Below, one piece after another: positions 52,112-61,614 of a stretch of DNA of 64,000 bases (position 1 is its first letter; every line of letters starts with the position of its first letter). The translations under genes and the position numbers were made by a program. The notes below the pieces were generated by a model, which was not told the origin of the DNA, searched no databases, and was given only the letters and a program-made list of their open reading frames with translations. Source of the DNA: a virus (Duplodnaviria; Caudoviricetes). The stretch spans positions 1-64,000 of IMG/VR virus record IMGVR_UViG_2684623153_000002; one strand, 5' to 3'.

Positions 52112-53387
52112 CATTGAAAAAAGAGGTAGTAATTCTTTTAGATTAGTTGTTGAAACTGGATATGATGCTAATGGAAAAAGGTTAAGAAAATATAAAACTA
52201 TTCGTATAGAAGATCATAAACTGTTAAAAACAAAAAGAAAATTACAGGAGTACCTCTCTGATCAGCTTTATCAGTTCAAGATGGAAGTCAATTCTGGAGA
52301 ATACATAGAACCTGAAAAATTAACATTTGAATCTTTTATCGCTAAGTGGAAAGAAAAAAAGCTCTATCAAAAGAGCGGAAAACCGTATTCTCTGACAACA
52401 TCAGACGTTTATTGGCGTCACTTAAAAAATCATATCCTCCCCGTTTTTGGACATATGAGGATAGAACGAATAAAGAGTTTACATATCGTAGACTTTTTAG
52501 ATGATTTATCAAAGGATGGTGCGAGAAAAGATGGTAAGCCAGGGGGGTTAGGAGAAAGAACAATATTAGATATTTTTAAAATACTACAGGTGGTTTTTAA
52601 AACCGCAGCTGAAGAATGGAAGATTATCAAGATTGATCCAATGAAGGGATTGCCCTTGCCAATCAACGAGAAGAAGGAAATGAACTATTTTGAAGCTGAT
52701 GAAGCTGCTCAATGTATTAAGATTCTATATGAAGAAGTTGATATTAAATGGAGACTTTATTTCTTAGCAGCGATGATAGGAGGATTGAGACGAGGCGAAG
52801 GTCTAGCGCTTGAATGGCATTTAGACGTGGATTGGGATGCTGGTGGATTTAGAATAAACCGATCTCTTTCAAAGACCATTCAAGGTAAACCGCATGTGAA
52901 AGACCCTAAGTCAAAAAGTTCAAAACGATTTGTTCAGATGCCAGATTGGTATATGAATGAATTGTCTCTATACTATCATATGTGGAAAAGAGAGAAGGAA
53001 AAGCTAAAAGATGCCTGGGAGGGTGGAGATCATCAATACATCTTTCACAGTGGGTTTGGAAAGCCCTATTACTTTACAACACCAACGACCAAATGGAATC
53101 GAATTACACAAAAGTATAGAATAAAAAATATCCGTTTACATGATTTGCGTCACACTATGGTTGCTTTATTGATGGAAGCCGGTGAGAGCATAAGTGCTAT
53201 TCAAAGACGTGCAGGACACGCTAGCGCCCGAACAACATCTGATATATATGGCCATGTAACAGATGAAATGAAAAAGAGTGCAGCGAATCACTTTAACAAG
53301 TTTGATCCTAAACATCTGAGAAACACAAATTCAGAGATAGGAAATTTCCGTCCCCAAGTCGTCCCCAAGGTTAAAAATAATGCATAA
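52104..53387 (+). CDS. int: Tyrosine integrase
   Basis: GLRRGE, PKSKSS.R, HDLRHT, GHAS..TT.DIYGH. Confidence 0.95.
   Translation: MASIEKRGSNSFRLVVETGYDANGKRLRKYKTIRIEDHKLLKTKRKLQEYLSDQLYQFKMEVNSGEYIEPEKLTFESFIAKWKEKKLYQKSGKPYSLTTSDVYWRHLKNHILPVFGHMRIERIKSLHIVDFLDDLSKDGARKDGKPGGLGERTILDIFKILQVVFKTAAEEWKIIKIDPMKGLPLPINEKKEMNYFEADEAAQCIKILYEEVDIKWRLYFLAAMIGGLRRGEGLALEWHLDVDWDAGGFRINRSLSKTIQGKPHVKDPKSKSSKRFVQMPDWYMNELSLYYHMWKREKEKLKDAWEGGDHQYIFHSGFGKPYYFTTPTTKWNRITQKYRIKNIRLHDLRHTMVALLMEAGESISAIQRRAGHASARTTSDIYGHVTDEMKKSAANHFNKFDPKHLRNTNSEIGNFRPQVVPKVKNNA
53349..53369 (+). repeat. Tandem CGTCCCCAAG direct repeat, candidate integrase arm-type sites
   Basis: Copies at 53349 and 53360, near the prophage end. 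Confidence 0.5.
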
Positions 53388-53436
53388 TACAAAATTGAGA
53401 GATTTCTCATCAAAAATAAAAAAATAGCCTTCCCCC

Positions 53437-53465
53437 TTGTATTCTAAGGGGGAATTAAATATAAT
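53437..53465 (+). promoter_or_regulatory. SigA promoter for the tRNA gene
   Basis: TTGTAT-17 bp-TATAAT, overlapping a TTCCCCCTT/AAGGGGGAA inverted repeat. Confidence 0.65.
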
Positions 53466-53485
53466 AATATTTGTTGAAACATCCC

Positions 53486-53558
53486 GGGGCATTAGCTCAG
53501 CTGGGAGAGCGCTACGCTGGCAGCGTAGAGGTCAGCGGTTCGATCCCGCTATGCTCCA
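53486..53558 (+). tRNA. tRNA-Ala (anticodon GGC), CCA not encoded
   Basis: GGGGCAT/ATGCTCC acceptor stem with G3:U70; CTACG-CTGGCAG-CGTAG anticodon arm; GGTTCGATCC T-loop. Confidence 0.95.
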
Positions 53559-53562
53559 TACG

Positions 53563-53599
53563 AAAAACCATTCTTGAGAGATCAAGGATGGTTTTTTTA
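53563..53599. terminator. Intrinsic terminator after the tRNA
   Basis: AAAACCATTCTTG...CAAGGATGGTTTTTTT. Confidence 0.75.
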
Positions 53600-53611
53600 T
53601 GTATATATTTC

Positions 53612-53800
53612 TTACAGCTCTGTTTGTTCTTTGTTTTTTCTTAAGCCTAATATCTTTATGATGCGGTACGTAATCACAGAGACATAAGCTGTGATGAGAA
53701 TGATTGTGTAAGACACAGGAAAATCGCTCGTCATTCCGTGATAAATGAAATAGATGAACAGCACTGACAGCATGATTACTTGAAACAGTTCCTTTTTCAC
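53612..53800 (-). CDS. Small two-TM membrane protein
   Basis: GAGGGGAG RBS; two hydrophobic segments. Confidence 0.65.
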   Translation of the reverse strand: MKKELFQVIMLSVLFIYFIYHGMTSDFPVSYTIILITAYVSVITYRIIKILGLRKNKEQTEL

Positions 53801-53915
53801 TTTACTCTCCCCTCATGATCGTGATTTGGTCGATTATATCACAAATGATGTCATTTTTTGTTAGCTATCAGCAAGGGGAAAATCTATTCACCTGCTGATA
53901 GCCCTTTTTGAATGA

Positions 53916-54719
53916 TCATTTTTTCAGCAACTGTTCCATTTTGCTCTTCGTCTTCGGACCGTAAATCCCGTCTGCCGCTAGACTATTCATGAGCTGGAAC
54001 CGCTTGACCGCATTCGCTGTTTTTGGTCCATAATAGCCATCAACACCGTTGTTTTTTGCCCCTTTGTCTGGGTAAAAATAGAGGGAAGATAAGGCTTTTT
54101 GCACAGCTGTGACTTGTGCTCCTTTTGTTAGGGGCTTGGTTATTTTTAAGATGCCAGATGGCAGATTTGACGATTTCTGTTTGGAAACTGGTGCTTTGTG
54201 ACTCAAGCTCTCTGTTCGAACTGGCTTTCTTGTCCTTTTGCTGCCGGTATGGGCTGTGGCTATTCCAGCTTTAAATTGATCCCACCTTCCGAGCAATTTC
54301 CTTGGACATTCTTTTCCGCTCCAATGTTTATGAGGCACTACATTTGATAAAGGAATCCGCAAATCGCCCATTAGCTTTCGAATGAGCCATTGGGCGTTTT
54401 CGACTGCTTGTTCAAAGTTGCCGTCTGTATTTTCGCAAATTTCAATTCCGATTGATTTCATATTGCCATTGCCTCTTCCATCTCCTGCATGCCAGCCATT
54501 CTCGGTTAACGGTAAATGCTGATAAATGACCTGATCGTCGACAGTGTAATGCCAGCTGACCCCAGTACTTGAACGCGCAACAAACGCAGCGTGACTCCCC
54601 GCATTTGCACCTTTTGCCGTGTTAGAGGTATTATGCACCGTAATATAGAGCGGCTTCATCGTATTTCCTGGTCTGTTGCGGTTGTGTTTTGGAATATAGG
54701 CTTGAATGATATTGACCAT
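53916..54719 (-). CDS. Endolysin amidase (XlyA/CwlA-like)
   Basis: Same motifs as 4969-5787. Confidence 0.95.
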   Translation of the reverse strand: MVNIIQAYIPKHNRNRPGNTMKPLYITVHNTSNTAKGANAGSHAAFVARSSTGVSWHYTVDDQVIYQHLPLTENGWHAGDGRGNGNMKSIGIEICENTDGNFEQAVENAQWLIRKLMGDLRIPLSNVVPHKHWSGKECPRKLLGRWDQFKAGIATAHTGSKRTRKPVRTESLSHKAPVSKQKSSNLPSGILKITKPLTKGAQVTAVQKALSSLYFYPDKGAKNNGVDGYYGPKTANAVKRFQLMNSLAADGIYGPKTKSKMEQLLKK

Positions 54720-54738
54720 ATTGTTTCTCCTTCAACGA

Positions 54739-55002
54739 TTATTTGGTTAGCCCTCTTTGTTTCAGTGTATCTTTTTGTAATTGACCTTTGTAGGTCACAT
54801 AATTGTTTTTAAACCAAGCGATAATGGCTGTCACCATCGTAAAAATGGTGGAACCTGCTACATATAGTGCCTCACCAGCGGTTTGTACTTGCTCCTCACT
54901 AATCGGCAGCACCGTCTGTCCAAACATGACAAGCGTTTGATTGATGAGTGCAATAAAAAGAAGCACTGTTCGAATGACAGTGCCTTTGTCGAATGTTTTC
55001 AT
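54739..55002 (-). CDS. xhlB: SPP1-family holin
   Basis: DKGTVIRT...AWFKNNYVT. Confidence 0.9.
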   Translation of the reverse strand: MKTFDKGTVIRTVLLFIALINQTLVMFGQTVLPISEEQVQTAGEALYVAGSTIFTMVTAIIAWFKNNYVTYKGQLQKDTLKQRGLTK

Positions 55003-55013
55003 GATATTTCCTC

Positions 55014-55226
55014 CTATTTTAAATTCCGTTCAATTTTGTCGAGTTTGTCAATGACGACGTCATACTTTTCACTAAACTTTGCTAACACATCATTTTGCGC
55101 CTCGATTTGTTCGTTGAGCTTGTTTTCTCGTTCTTTTGTTGTGTTGAGAACATAAAACAGAATCCAGCAAAAGAGAACAGCAAATGGGCCCTGTGTCATT
55201 AAGTTTTGAACGACATCTACTTCCAT
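55014..55226 (-). CDS. bhlA: BhlA/UviB holin-like protein
   Basis: [10 protein letters not shown] motif. Confidence 0.85.
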   Translation of the reverse strand: MEVDVVQNLMTQGPFAVLFCWILFYVLNTTKERENKLNEQIEAQNDVLAKFSEKYDVVIDKLDKIERNLK

Positions 55227-55263
55227 TGGAATCACCTTCTTTCCGGCAAAAAAAATAAAGCCA

Positions 55264-55407
55264 TTAGGCTTCGTATATTTCTCCAGTTATATTTTGATAG
55301 TCGTCTGCCGAGATCCAGCCAATGCTTACATAAAATGCAATGTCCTCTGAGTCGTAACACTGCCAGTCCCAGAATTGTTTGATATCCGCTACAGTCGGAA
55401 ACATCAT
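55264..55407 (-). CDS. xkdX: XkdX-family protein (absent from the ORF track)
   Basis: MMFPTVADIKQFWDWQCYDSEDIAFYVSIGWISADDYQNITGEIYEA. Confidence 0.8.
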   Translation of the reverse strand: MMFPTVADIKQFWDWQCYDSEDIAFYVSIGWISADDYQNITGEIYEA

Positions 55408-55724
55408 TCTGAAGCACCTACTTTTTGCATAGTTAATAGCTGCGTTAGTTGTTTTGATAATAAAGCATTTTGTTTCTTTAAAAGCTCAATATCACTTGGT
55501 GGGAGAGATGCTGGTTTTAGGCTATCAATATACTCCTGTGTCGCTGATTCATACCATTGTTGTTTTTCTACATCAAATGCAGCTTTATAAAAAGAAGGAT
55601 TATTGGGTGGTGCAATTGTTGTGCATTGATCTGGAATGACATAATTGCCTTCATCATCCCTTTCGAACACTTCGATAGGTCTGACCAATTCATTTTGATG
55701 ATTGTATTCATAGGCTTGTATCAT
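55404..55724 (-). CDS. Putative fibre assembly/accessory protein
   Basis: IP..CT.IAPP...FY...FD...W.ESATQEYIDSL. Confidence 0.6.
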   Translation of the reverse strand: MIQAYEYNHQNELVRPIEVFERDDEGNYVIPDQCTTIAPPNNPSFYKAAFDVEKQQWYESATQEYIDSLKPASLPPSDIELLKKQNALLSKQLTQLLTMQKVGASE

Positions 55725-55736
55725 ATTATCACTTCC

Positions 55737-57119
55737 TTAATTTAATGGGACGACTGTGTCTAAATAGTAGCCTGTTACTGCACTGTTATTCACTGCATGT
55801 AAACCGGTTAGTTTTAACTCTCCTGTCTTATATATATATAATTTACTATGACCCGTTGTACCTGATACTGGAACTGATACAACCATTCCTTTATCTGGTA
55901 AATTTAGTAAGCCCGTGATGGGAATCTTTCCACAGATCACTTCTCTATTTGCTATTAGGTGACCTCTCAACAATAATAAATTTCCCCATTTAGCATATTG
56001 AACTGGTCTGTCTCCAATAGAGGAACCATTGTCTAATGTAACATTTAGCCACTGAACATTTTCAAAATCAGCATCAGTGACTATTCTTTTCCACCCTTTA
56101 AAGACACCATCAGTATGAACAGTACCAAACCAATGAGTGTTGTCATAACTTCTAATGACATGAATGCTCTTTCTACCATTTACAGTTTCTAAGATATCGA
56201 TATTAAACCAAGAAGAATCATTATCGACAGGCATATTTAAAACATTAGACCCTACAGCAAAGTAAAATCCTGATGGTAACGTTAAAATATCAGTTCCTAT
56301 TGACATTGAAAGTCTTAGTCCCTTTGAATTTAATAGATTATGGTCATTAAGGCGTTTCCAACCGCTCCATTCTTGTTGTGTACCTGTTACATCAGTTGTT
56401 GAACGGTTAATATAGACATCTCCTGTATTGTTTGCACCAATGACCCATCCATAGGTATTTTCACTAAAGACAGACAAAGCCCTCATGGAACTTCTTGTCG
56501 GAAGATCTGGATGTGCTTCATGAATGTACCATGAGTGAACCCCCGGCAATTTTATCAGCTTATCTAAAATACTAGGATCATCTGCATTAATTCTTTCATA
56601 TGCTTTTCCATCGTCAGCCGTGATTTTAGACAATTGTCCTGCATCCCATTTGTTTTTTTCATTTTGTGTTGGCATTTGCACCCAGTTGATTCCAATGTCA
56701 TTCACATGATAGGAAAAACAAAATGCATTGCCTGATGTGTCAATTGCGATTCCTACGCCAATATTATTTTGACCAACAAGCTGAAAACCTCTTAAGGCAG
56801 CATTTCCTATAGCAGGAGAATCGACTACTCCAGAAGGGGCATAGAATGAGCAGGTACCTAGTGCTTTAATTTCCTCATAGATACTGCCACCAGCAGGGAT
56901 ATTGATCAATTGAGATCCGTTATCATTTGTCAGTTTATATAGCTGGGATTCATTCCATTTCTTCTTTTCTGAACCAGAAACGTGAGGATTTGTATCTTCC
57001 GTATGAAGGTTGAATTGTTCTAGTAGTTCCTGGTCATTTTCGATCAAAATCTTCACTACATTGTTAAAGAGATCTGCATGAACCTTATCGCTCGTCCTAA
57101 AAGTTTGAGGTGTTTTTAT
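55737..57119 (-). CDS. Second tail fibre/RBP whose canonical start codon is missing (ATA start, internal GTG start or silent copy)
   Basis: Homology extends in frame upstream of GTG 57056 (IKTPQTFRTSDKVHADLFN) to an RBS followed by ATC ATA instead of ATC ATG GAG ATT. Confidence 0.65.
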   Translation of the reverse strand: MKTPQTFRTSDKVHADLFNNVVKILIENDQELLEQFNLHTEDTNPHVSGSEKKKWNESQLYKLTNDNGSQLINIPAGGSIYEEIKALGTCSFYAPSGVVDSPAIGNAALRGFQLVGQNNIGVGIAIDTSGNAFCFSYHVNDIGINWVQMPTQNEKNKWDAGQLSKITADDGKAYERINADDPSILDKLIKLPGVHSWYIHEAHPDLPTRSSMRALSVFSENTYGWVIGANNTGDVYINRSTTDVTGTQQEWSGWKRLNDHNLLNSKGLRLSMSIGTDILTLPSGFYFAVGSNVLNMPVDNDSSWFNIDILETVNGRKSIHVIRSYDNTHWFGTVHTDGVFKGWKRIVTDADFENVQWLNVTLDNGSSIGDRPVQYAKWGNLLLLRGHLIANREVICGKIPITGLLNLPDKGMVVSVPVSGTTGHSKLYIYKTGELKLTGLHAVNNSAVTGYYLDTVVPLN

Positions 57120-57177
57120 GATCTTTTTCTCCTTTCAAAAACCATTATTATATAGCCGATGTTATGCATTGAACTTA

Positions 57178-57253
57178 AGTTCTCGTTCCTTTGTTGTATT
57201 ATGCACATAAAACAGAATCCAGTGGGCCTTGTGTCTTTAAGTTTTGAACGACA
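57178..57253 (-). pseudogene. Degenerate bhlA fragment
   Basis: TTCTCGTTC.TTTGTTGT..T...ACATAAAACAGAATCCAG-[deletion]-TGGGCC.TGTGTC.TTAAGTTTTGAACGACA matches about 55124-55215. Confidence 0.75.
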
Positions 57254-57286
57254 AATTTGCTCACACACTTTCTTTTTCAAATAATT

Positions 57287-58492
57287 CTATCTTAGCTGTG
57301 ACAAGGTAACATACGCTCTATTTACCGTAATCGTTCTACCAGTGTTTTTGGGTGTAATATAAAATGTTAACTTATCTCCCGCTTTAAACTTTTGTTGAAG
57401 GTATAATACACATATACTTGATGAGATGACAGGATTCCAATTTCCAAATCGTTGAAATTCTGTTCCATTCACATAGCATGACAAAATACTATCTGAGCCA
57501 ACAGTAATGTTATTGCTATTTAGGTAAAGTCTAATTAAATACAGACCACTGTTTTTCAAAGTAATTTCAGATCGTGAACGATTATATTCACCTAAATCAT
57601 CTGACCTTGTTTCACCAAAATTTAATTTAGTTGGAACGTTCTCAACAGCTGATACAGAAGAATTATCAAGATCATACGTATCAACAAAAGAAGTATTATC
57701 CATATCCTCCTTTGTTAACACTCGTTTCCAGCCTTGCCACCCCAAATTTAAATCAAGATAGTTTGTATACATGTAATTGTTATAATCTATTGCCATAACC
57801 CATCCAAATGTCCCTTTTCCATTGCTATCTTGAGAAGTAAAATGATACATACCTCGACACGATCTTGTTGTTGGGGTGTTTAGTGCTTTACCTGCGACAT
57901 AAAATGTACCATGCCTTGGACCTAAAGAAACAATCTTTTCAAGTAGATCTTCACCATCGGAAACAGATAGAATCACCCCCCCATTATCTGAGGTAATCTT
58001 AGATAATTGTCCTTCATTCCATTTGTTTCTTTCAGAATTTGAAGGGAGCTTTGTCCAGTTAATAGCGGTATCTGCAGCATTATAGTAAAAACTATAAGCA
58101 TTACCAGCAATATCTACAGCAAAACCAGTACCAATGTTATCTTGCCCTACTGTCTGTAATCCTCTCAATGAAATATTTGCCGGGGAATCTTCTACTCCAG
58201 AAGCTGCATAAAAAGTACACGTTCCTTTCCCTTTTATTGCATCAAAAATCCTGGCATCAGATGGTATATTAATTAACTGACTTCCATTATCTGCCGTAAT
58301 CTTATAGCACTGAGAATCGTTCCATTTTTTCTTCTCTACTTCAGATGCATGTGGATTTGTATCTTTCATATGTTGATTGATTACCTCTAATAGACCCACA
58401 TCATTGTAGAGAAAGTCTTCAACCATATCATTAAATAGGTCAGCATGAGCTTTATCAGTTGGTTTAAAAGTTCGAGGTGCTTTAATCTCCAT
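57287..58492 (-). CDS. Tail fibre/RBP with C1q/BclA-like C-terminal head
   Basis: Shared fibre N-terminus; C-terminal TKLNF....DD.GEYN....IT.K.SGLYLI. Confidence 0.75.
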   Translation of the reverse strand: MEIKAPRTFKPTDKAHADLFNDMVEDFLYNDVGLLEVINQHMKDTNPHASEVEKKKWNDSQCYKITADNGSQLINIPSDARIFDAIKGKGTCTFYAASGVEDSPANISLRGLQTVGQDNIGTGFAVDIAGNAYSFYYNAADTAINWTKLPSNSERNKWNEGQLSKITSDNGGVILSVSDGEDLLEKIVSLGPRHGTFYVAGKALNTPTTRSCRGMYHFTSQDSNGKGTFGWVMAIDYNNYMYTNYLDLNLGWQGWKRVLTKEDMDNTSFVDTYDLDNSSVSAVENVPTKLNFGETRSDDLGEYNRSRSEITLKNSGLYLIRLYLNSNNITVGSDSILSCYVNGTEFQRFGNWNPVISSSICVLYLQQKFKAGDKLTFYITPKNTGRTITVNRAYVTLSQLR

Positions 58493-58566
58493 GATCATTC
58501 TCCTTTCAAATCTATCATCGCTTGCTTTGACCGAAAACATTGGGATTATTTCCAGATATCCCATCT

Positions 58567-58950
58567 TTAATAAATATCATCAATCTCAAAAACAAATTCG
58601 ATGTCGCCGTCTTTTTGTTTGTCTGTCATGGTGCGGATGGCGGTGAATTTGCCGGCTTCGTCGACAAGTGCTAGTTCGTTGATGACTTCACCTGCAAGTT
58701 CTCCTTCGGCGATCGTGCAGGTGTAGCGGATTTTGGCTGGTTCCATGAAGGTAAATGAATCAATCTCTTTTTGGACGAGTTCTTTTTTGAGTTTTTGTTC
58801 AGTGCCGTCTAGTGAGATCGGTTTCCCATCCTTCGTTCCGCCATTTCCAAATGCCATTTTGACGACTTTTGTGAGTTTTGTTCCTTCTGCTCTTGACTTT
58901 GCCATTTGTTGACGTGCATATAATGTTGTTACGGTTAATTGATCAGCCAT
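58567..58950 (-). CDS. Tail-collar/fibre-attachment protein
   Basis: Paralog of 8056-8439. Confidence 0.7.
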   Translation of the reverse strand: MADQLTVTTLYARQQMAKSRAEGTKLTKVVKMAFGNGGTKDGKPISLDGTEQKLKKELVQKEIDSFTFMEPAKIRYTCTIAEGELAGEVINELALVDEAGKFTAIRTMTDKQKDGDIEFVFEIDDIY

Positions 58951-58961
58951 TGTGATCCTCC

Positions 58962-59885
58962 TTATAGCTCTATTTTTTGAGAAGTAGCTGCTAGCATTTT
59001 TGATCCGTCCAGCGGAACCGATCCATCGAGAATCCAGTAATGATCCTTAATCAGTAAGCTGCCGCCCTGTTCAGTTTGGACATGTACTGGCAATCGGAAC
59101 GTCATTTTCTTTTTGGTTTGATGTGACAGCTGGCTTTTTGTGCGTAATGTCAGTGCCGCTTTTTGCCTTGTTTCATGTACCGCTCCAGTCATGACATAAT
59201 TCATTCGGTATGTGTTCTCTGACTTATGCTGAAGGGGCATTCTCAACTTCAACGAATGCCGAAAACGAGTCGGAACCTCTGTTGTCCCTCGTGTTCCGCT
59301 CAGATAAAACGTACCATTTAATACAAATTCACCATTGAGTAAAATCGGAATATGATCGAAAAAACCCACTCTGCTTCGCAGTGTGAGCCTCCCGTGATGA
59401 TCATTTTTTTCATGTACATCGGTATGATGAAATGCAGTGAATGTATAAGCCAAATGAGCTGGCTTTAACGTTTCAAGTATTTCTACAATATATCTAGTGT
59501 TTTGCAGATCATCTAGGTTCACACGTAAGGCGAAATGATAGCGATTGGTGGTCAGACGGATGATGGCACTTGGATTTTTGAGAAAGCGATTCACCGATTT
59601 CTCTAAAGAAAGATACGTGATCGGTGGAATGTTTGACATCATATTGAGTAAGCGTGCTCTGCGAAGTTCAATGGAATCATCTGATTCTCGCTGCGCCTTC
59701 AGCATTCTTTCCCATCTATTCAATCCCCATGTTGCTGTCAAAGGGAAGAACTGATCCGTTAAATCGAAAATGGATTCATCCAATTGCTCAAACTCTGGCG
59801 CTTCTGTTTTGAGCAGGTGATCGACTTCATAAATCTCTGTAAAATATGGCGGCAAGTAGTCTTTCATTTCATCCTGTTTGCTCAA
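58962..59885 (-). CDS. xkdU: XkdU/YmfQ-like baseplate protein
   Basis: TATWGLNRWE, KPAHLAY. Confidence 0.8.
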   Translation of the reverse strand: MSKQDEMKDYLPPYFTEIYEVDHLLKTEAPEFEQLDESIFDLTDQFFPLTATWGLNRWERMLKAQRESDDSIELRRARLLNMMSNIPPITYLSLEKSVNRFLKNPSAIIRLTTNRYHFALRVNLDDLQNTRYIVEILETLKPAHLAYTFTAFHHTDVHEKNDHHGRLTLRSRVGFFDHIPILLNGEFVLNGTFYLSGTRGTTEVPTRFRHSLKLRMPLQHKSENTYRMNYVMTGAVHETRQKAALTLRTKSQLSHQTKKKMTFRLPVHVQTEQGGSLLIKDHYWILDGSVPLDGSKMLAATSQKIEL

Positions 59886-60918
59886 TAACCTTCACCTGCC
59901 TCAGACGCGGTATCTCAATGTCCTGTAACACTAAGTTTTTTGACTCTCCATTCAATAACACGTTTGCATAATCTGATACACTTTCTGAATGGTACAGAAT
60001 GTCATTTAATGCGGACATTCGAATGGTACTCTTTTCAAATGCGATTGATTTCAACAGCGCTTTGACCTTTTCTTCTATTTCTTTCTGCGCTCCTTCAAGG
60101 GTCCAGTCCATTTGAAGTTCGACGGATACTTCTATATCAATATCCAGCCATTTGGCGCTTTCGACAGTCGCTTTTGAACCGATAGGCGCTTGTCCTTCTC
60201 CTTCGCCTGGTACTGGGTCGATGTATTCCTGTACTCTTTTAACAAGAAGATCTGATGCAACATCTAGATTGCCGTCTGTGATGACAATTTTGACTGTTCC
60301 TTCTCCATTCCAAAGCGGGAATACCTTCGCTCTGCCAACTCCTGTCACTTCCTCAGCCCATTTTTTATAATGCGCCTTGTTGGCACTGACAGCCTCCCGC
60401 CTAGCACGTATTAAGTAACGATCGTATAACGAAGCGTCATCTTCTTCCTCTTGTCCGGGTATCACCAAATCTTTCATGATAATTGACTCTAGCCCCGGGA
60501 TTGTATCAAGTGAAAGCAACGGCTGATCTGTTAATTGACCATTGCCGATCTTGCCAGGTGTCTCGCATTCTAGCGTGCCATCAATCGAATATTGGAAATA
60601 GACGTCTTCAATAAAAAAACGTGAGCCAGCTGGAATGTTGATATCGTTAGGCTGAATAGCTACGGACCAAACCGCTTTAGTCGCTGGTTTTCTTTCAATT
60701 CCTACTTCAGCGGCCCGCCGATCTAGAAACTCTCCTTGTGCTGTATCTGCAAAGACCAGCTCGAATACTTGATCAAGCCAAATATAGGACTGGGCCAATT
60801 CAGCGGCAGCAGGTGCCAAGGCATTCCAAATGACACTGTTTTCTCTTTTATCTATGTCATCCGGCAGTCTGTCTAGCATTCTTTCCATTAATGCTTCGTA
60901 CGTTTGTTCCTCAAACAT
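59869..60918 (-). CDS. xkdT: Baseplate J-like protein
   Basis: Paralog of 9362-10417. Confidence 0.9.
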   Translation of the reverse strand: MFEEQTYEALMERMLDRLPDDIDKRENSVIWNALAPAAAELAQSYIWLDQVFELVFADTAQGEFLDRRAAEVGIERKPATKAVWSVAIQPNDINIPAGSRFFIEDVYFQYSIDGTLECETPGKIGNGQLTDQPLLSLDTIPGLESIIMKDLVIPGQEEEDDASLYDRYLIRARREAVSANKAHYKKWAEEVTGVGRAKVFPLWNGEGTVKIVITDGNLDVASDLLVKRVQEYIDPVPGEGEGQAPIGSKATVESAKWLDIDIEVSVELQMDWTLEGAQKEIEEKVKALLKSIAFEKSTIRMSALNDILYHSESVSDYANVLLNGESKNLVLQDIEIPRLRQVKVIEQTG

Positions 60919-61342
60919 CGCTCTCCATCACCTCCTCTATTTCTAATGTGCCTTCATCTGTGACAATAGCTAGCTTGACATGAAACGAGTCATTTTCCTT
61001 TGTGACCTCTATCTCTTCAATATGATCAATCCGTTCGTCGACAATTAATGCTTCCTCTAGCAGCCTCGGAATCTCCATTTCTTTGTATTCATCCGTGGCT
61101 TCTGTATCCGTTAAAAGCTCCTGAATTTCAGTGCCAATGTCGTGGCTGTAGATAGGATGTGCATACCGCTCTGTCCTAAGTGTCATATAAACGAATTGAC
61201 GAATTGCTTCAATGCCTGAAATGGTTTCACCTGTCAATCTGCCAGTTTCGACATCTATTCGATATGTCGTCGAGGTTTCCACCTCTTCGTCTTCTTCTGT
61301 TTCCTCAATTTCTTCCTCTGGTGAAAGTGCCACGTTCATCAC
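60911..61342 (-). CDS. xkdS: XkdS-like protein
   Basis: Paralog of 10401-10829. Confidence 0.85.
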   Translation of the reverse strand: MMNVALSPEEEIEETEEDEEVETSTTYRIDVETGRLTGETISGIEAIRQFVYMTLRTERYAHPIYSHDIGTEIQELLTDTEATDEYKEMEIPRLLEEALIVDERIDHIEEIEVTKENDSFHVKLAIVTDEGTLEIEEVMESDV

Positions 61343-61347
61343 CTCCC

Positions 61348-61614
61348 TTACAATTTGTCGATGATGTAGAAGGATTGCCCTCCTGCCATTGCCAGCACCA
61401 TAATGCTGTCACCCCTTTTCAGTTCATCTTCCTCACCCTTATTTAGGCGCTTTGGCCAAATCAGTAATTCTTCCGGAATGATCAGTTTATGGTTTTCATT
61501 TAACCGGATGCTTACAGGAGAAACTGCCGTGACTTCTCCAACCACCAGATCAATTGGAGAGGCAGCGTCTACAGCATTCACTGCTAATCGTTTAATCGCT
61601 TCACTTAACCTCAC
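61348..61614 (-). CDS. xkdR: XkdR-like protein
   Basis: Paralog of 10829-11110. Confidence 0.85.
   Translation of the reverse strand: MRLSEAIKRLAVNAVDAASPIDLVVGEVTAVSPVSIRLNENHKLIIPEELLIWPKRLNKGEEDELKRGDSIMVLAMAGGQSFYIIDKL

Noticed and set aside
55232-55417. 61-aa ORF from the track upstream of bhlA
   Set aside because: Wrong frame; the XkdX homolog at 55264-55407 occupies this interval
55737-58500. Diversity-generating retroelement or shufflon acting on the fibres
   Set aside because: No reverse transcriptase, template repeat, invertase or inverted cassette visible in the window
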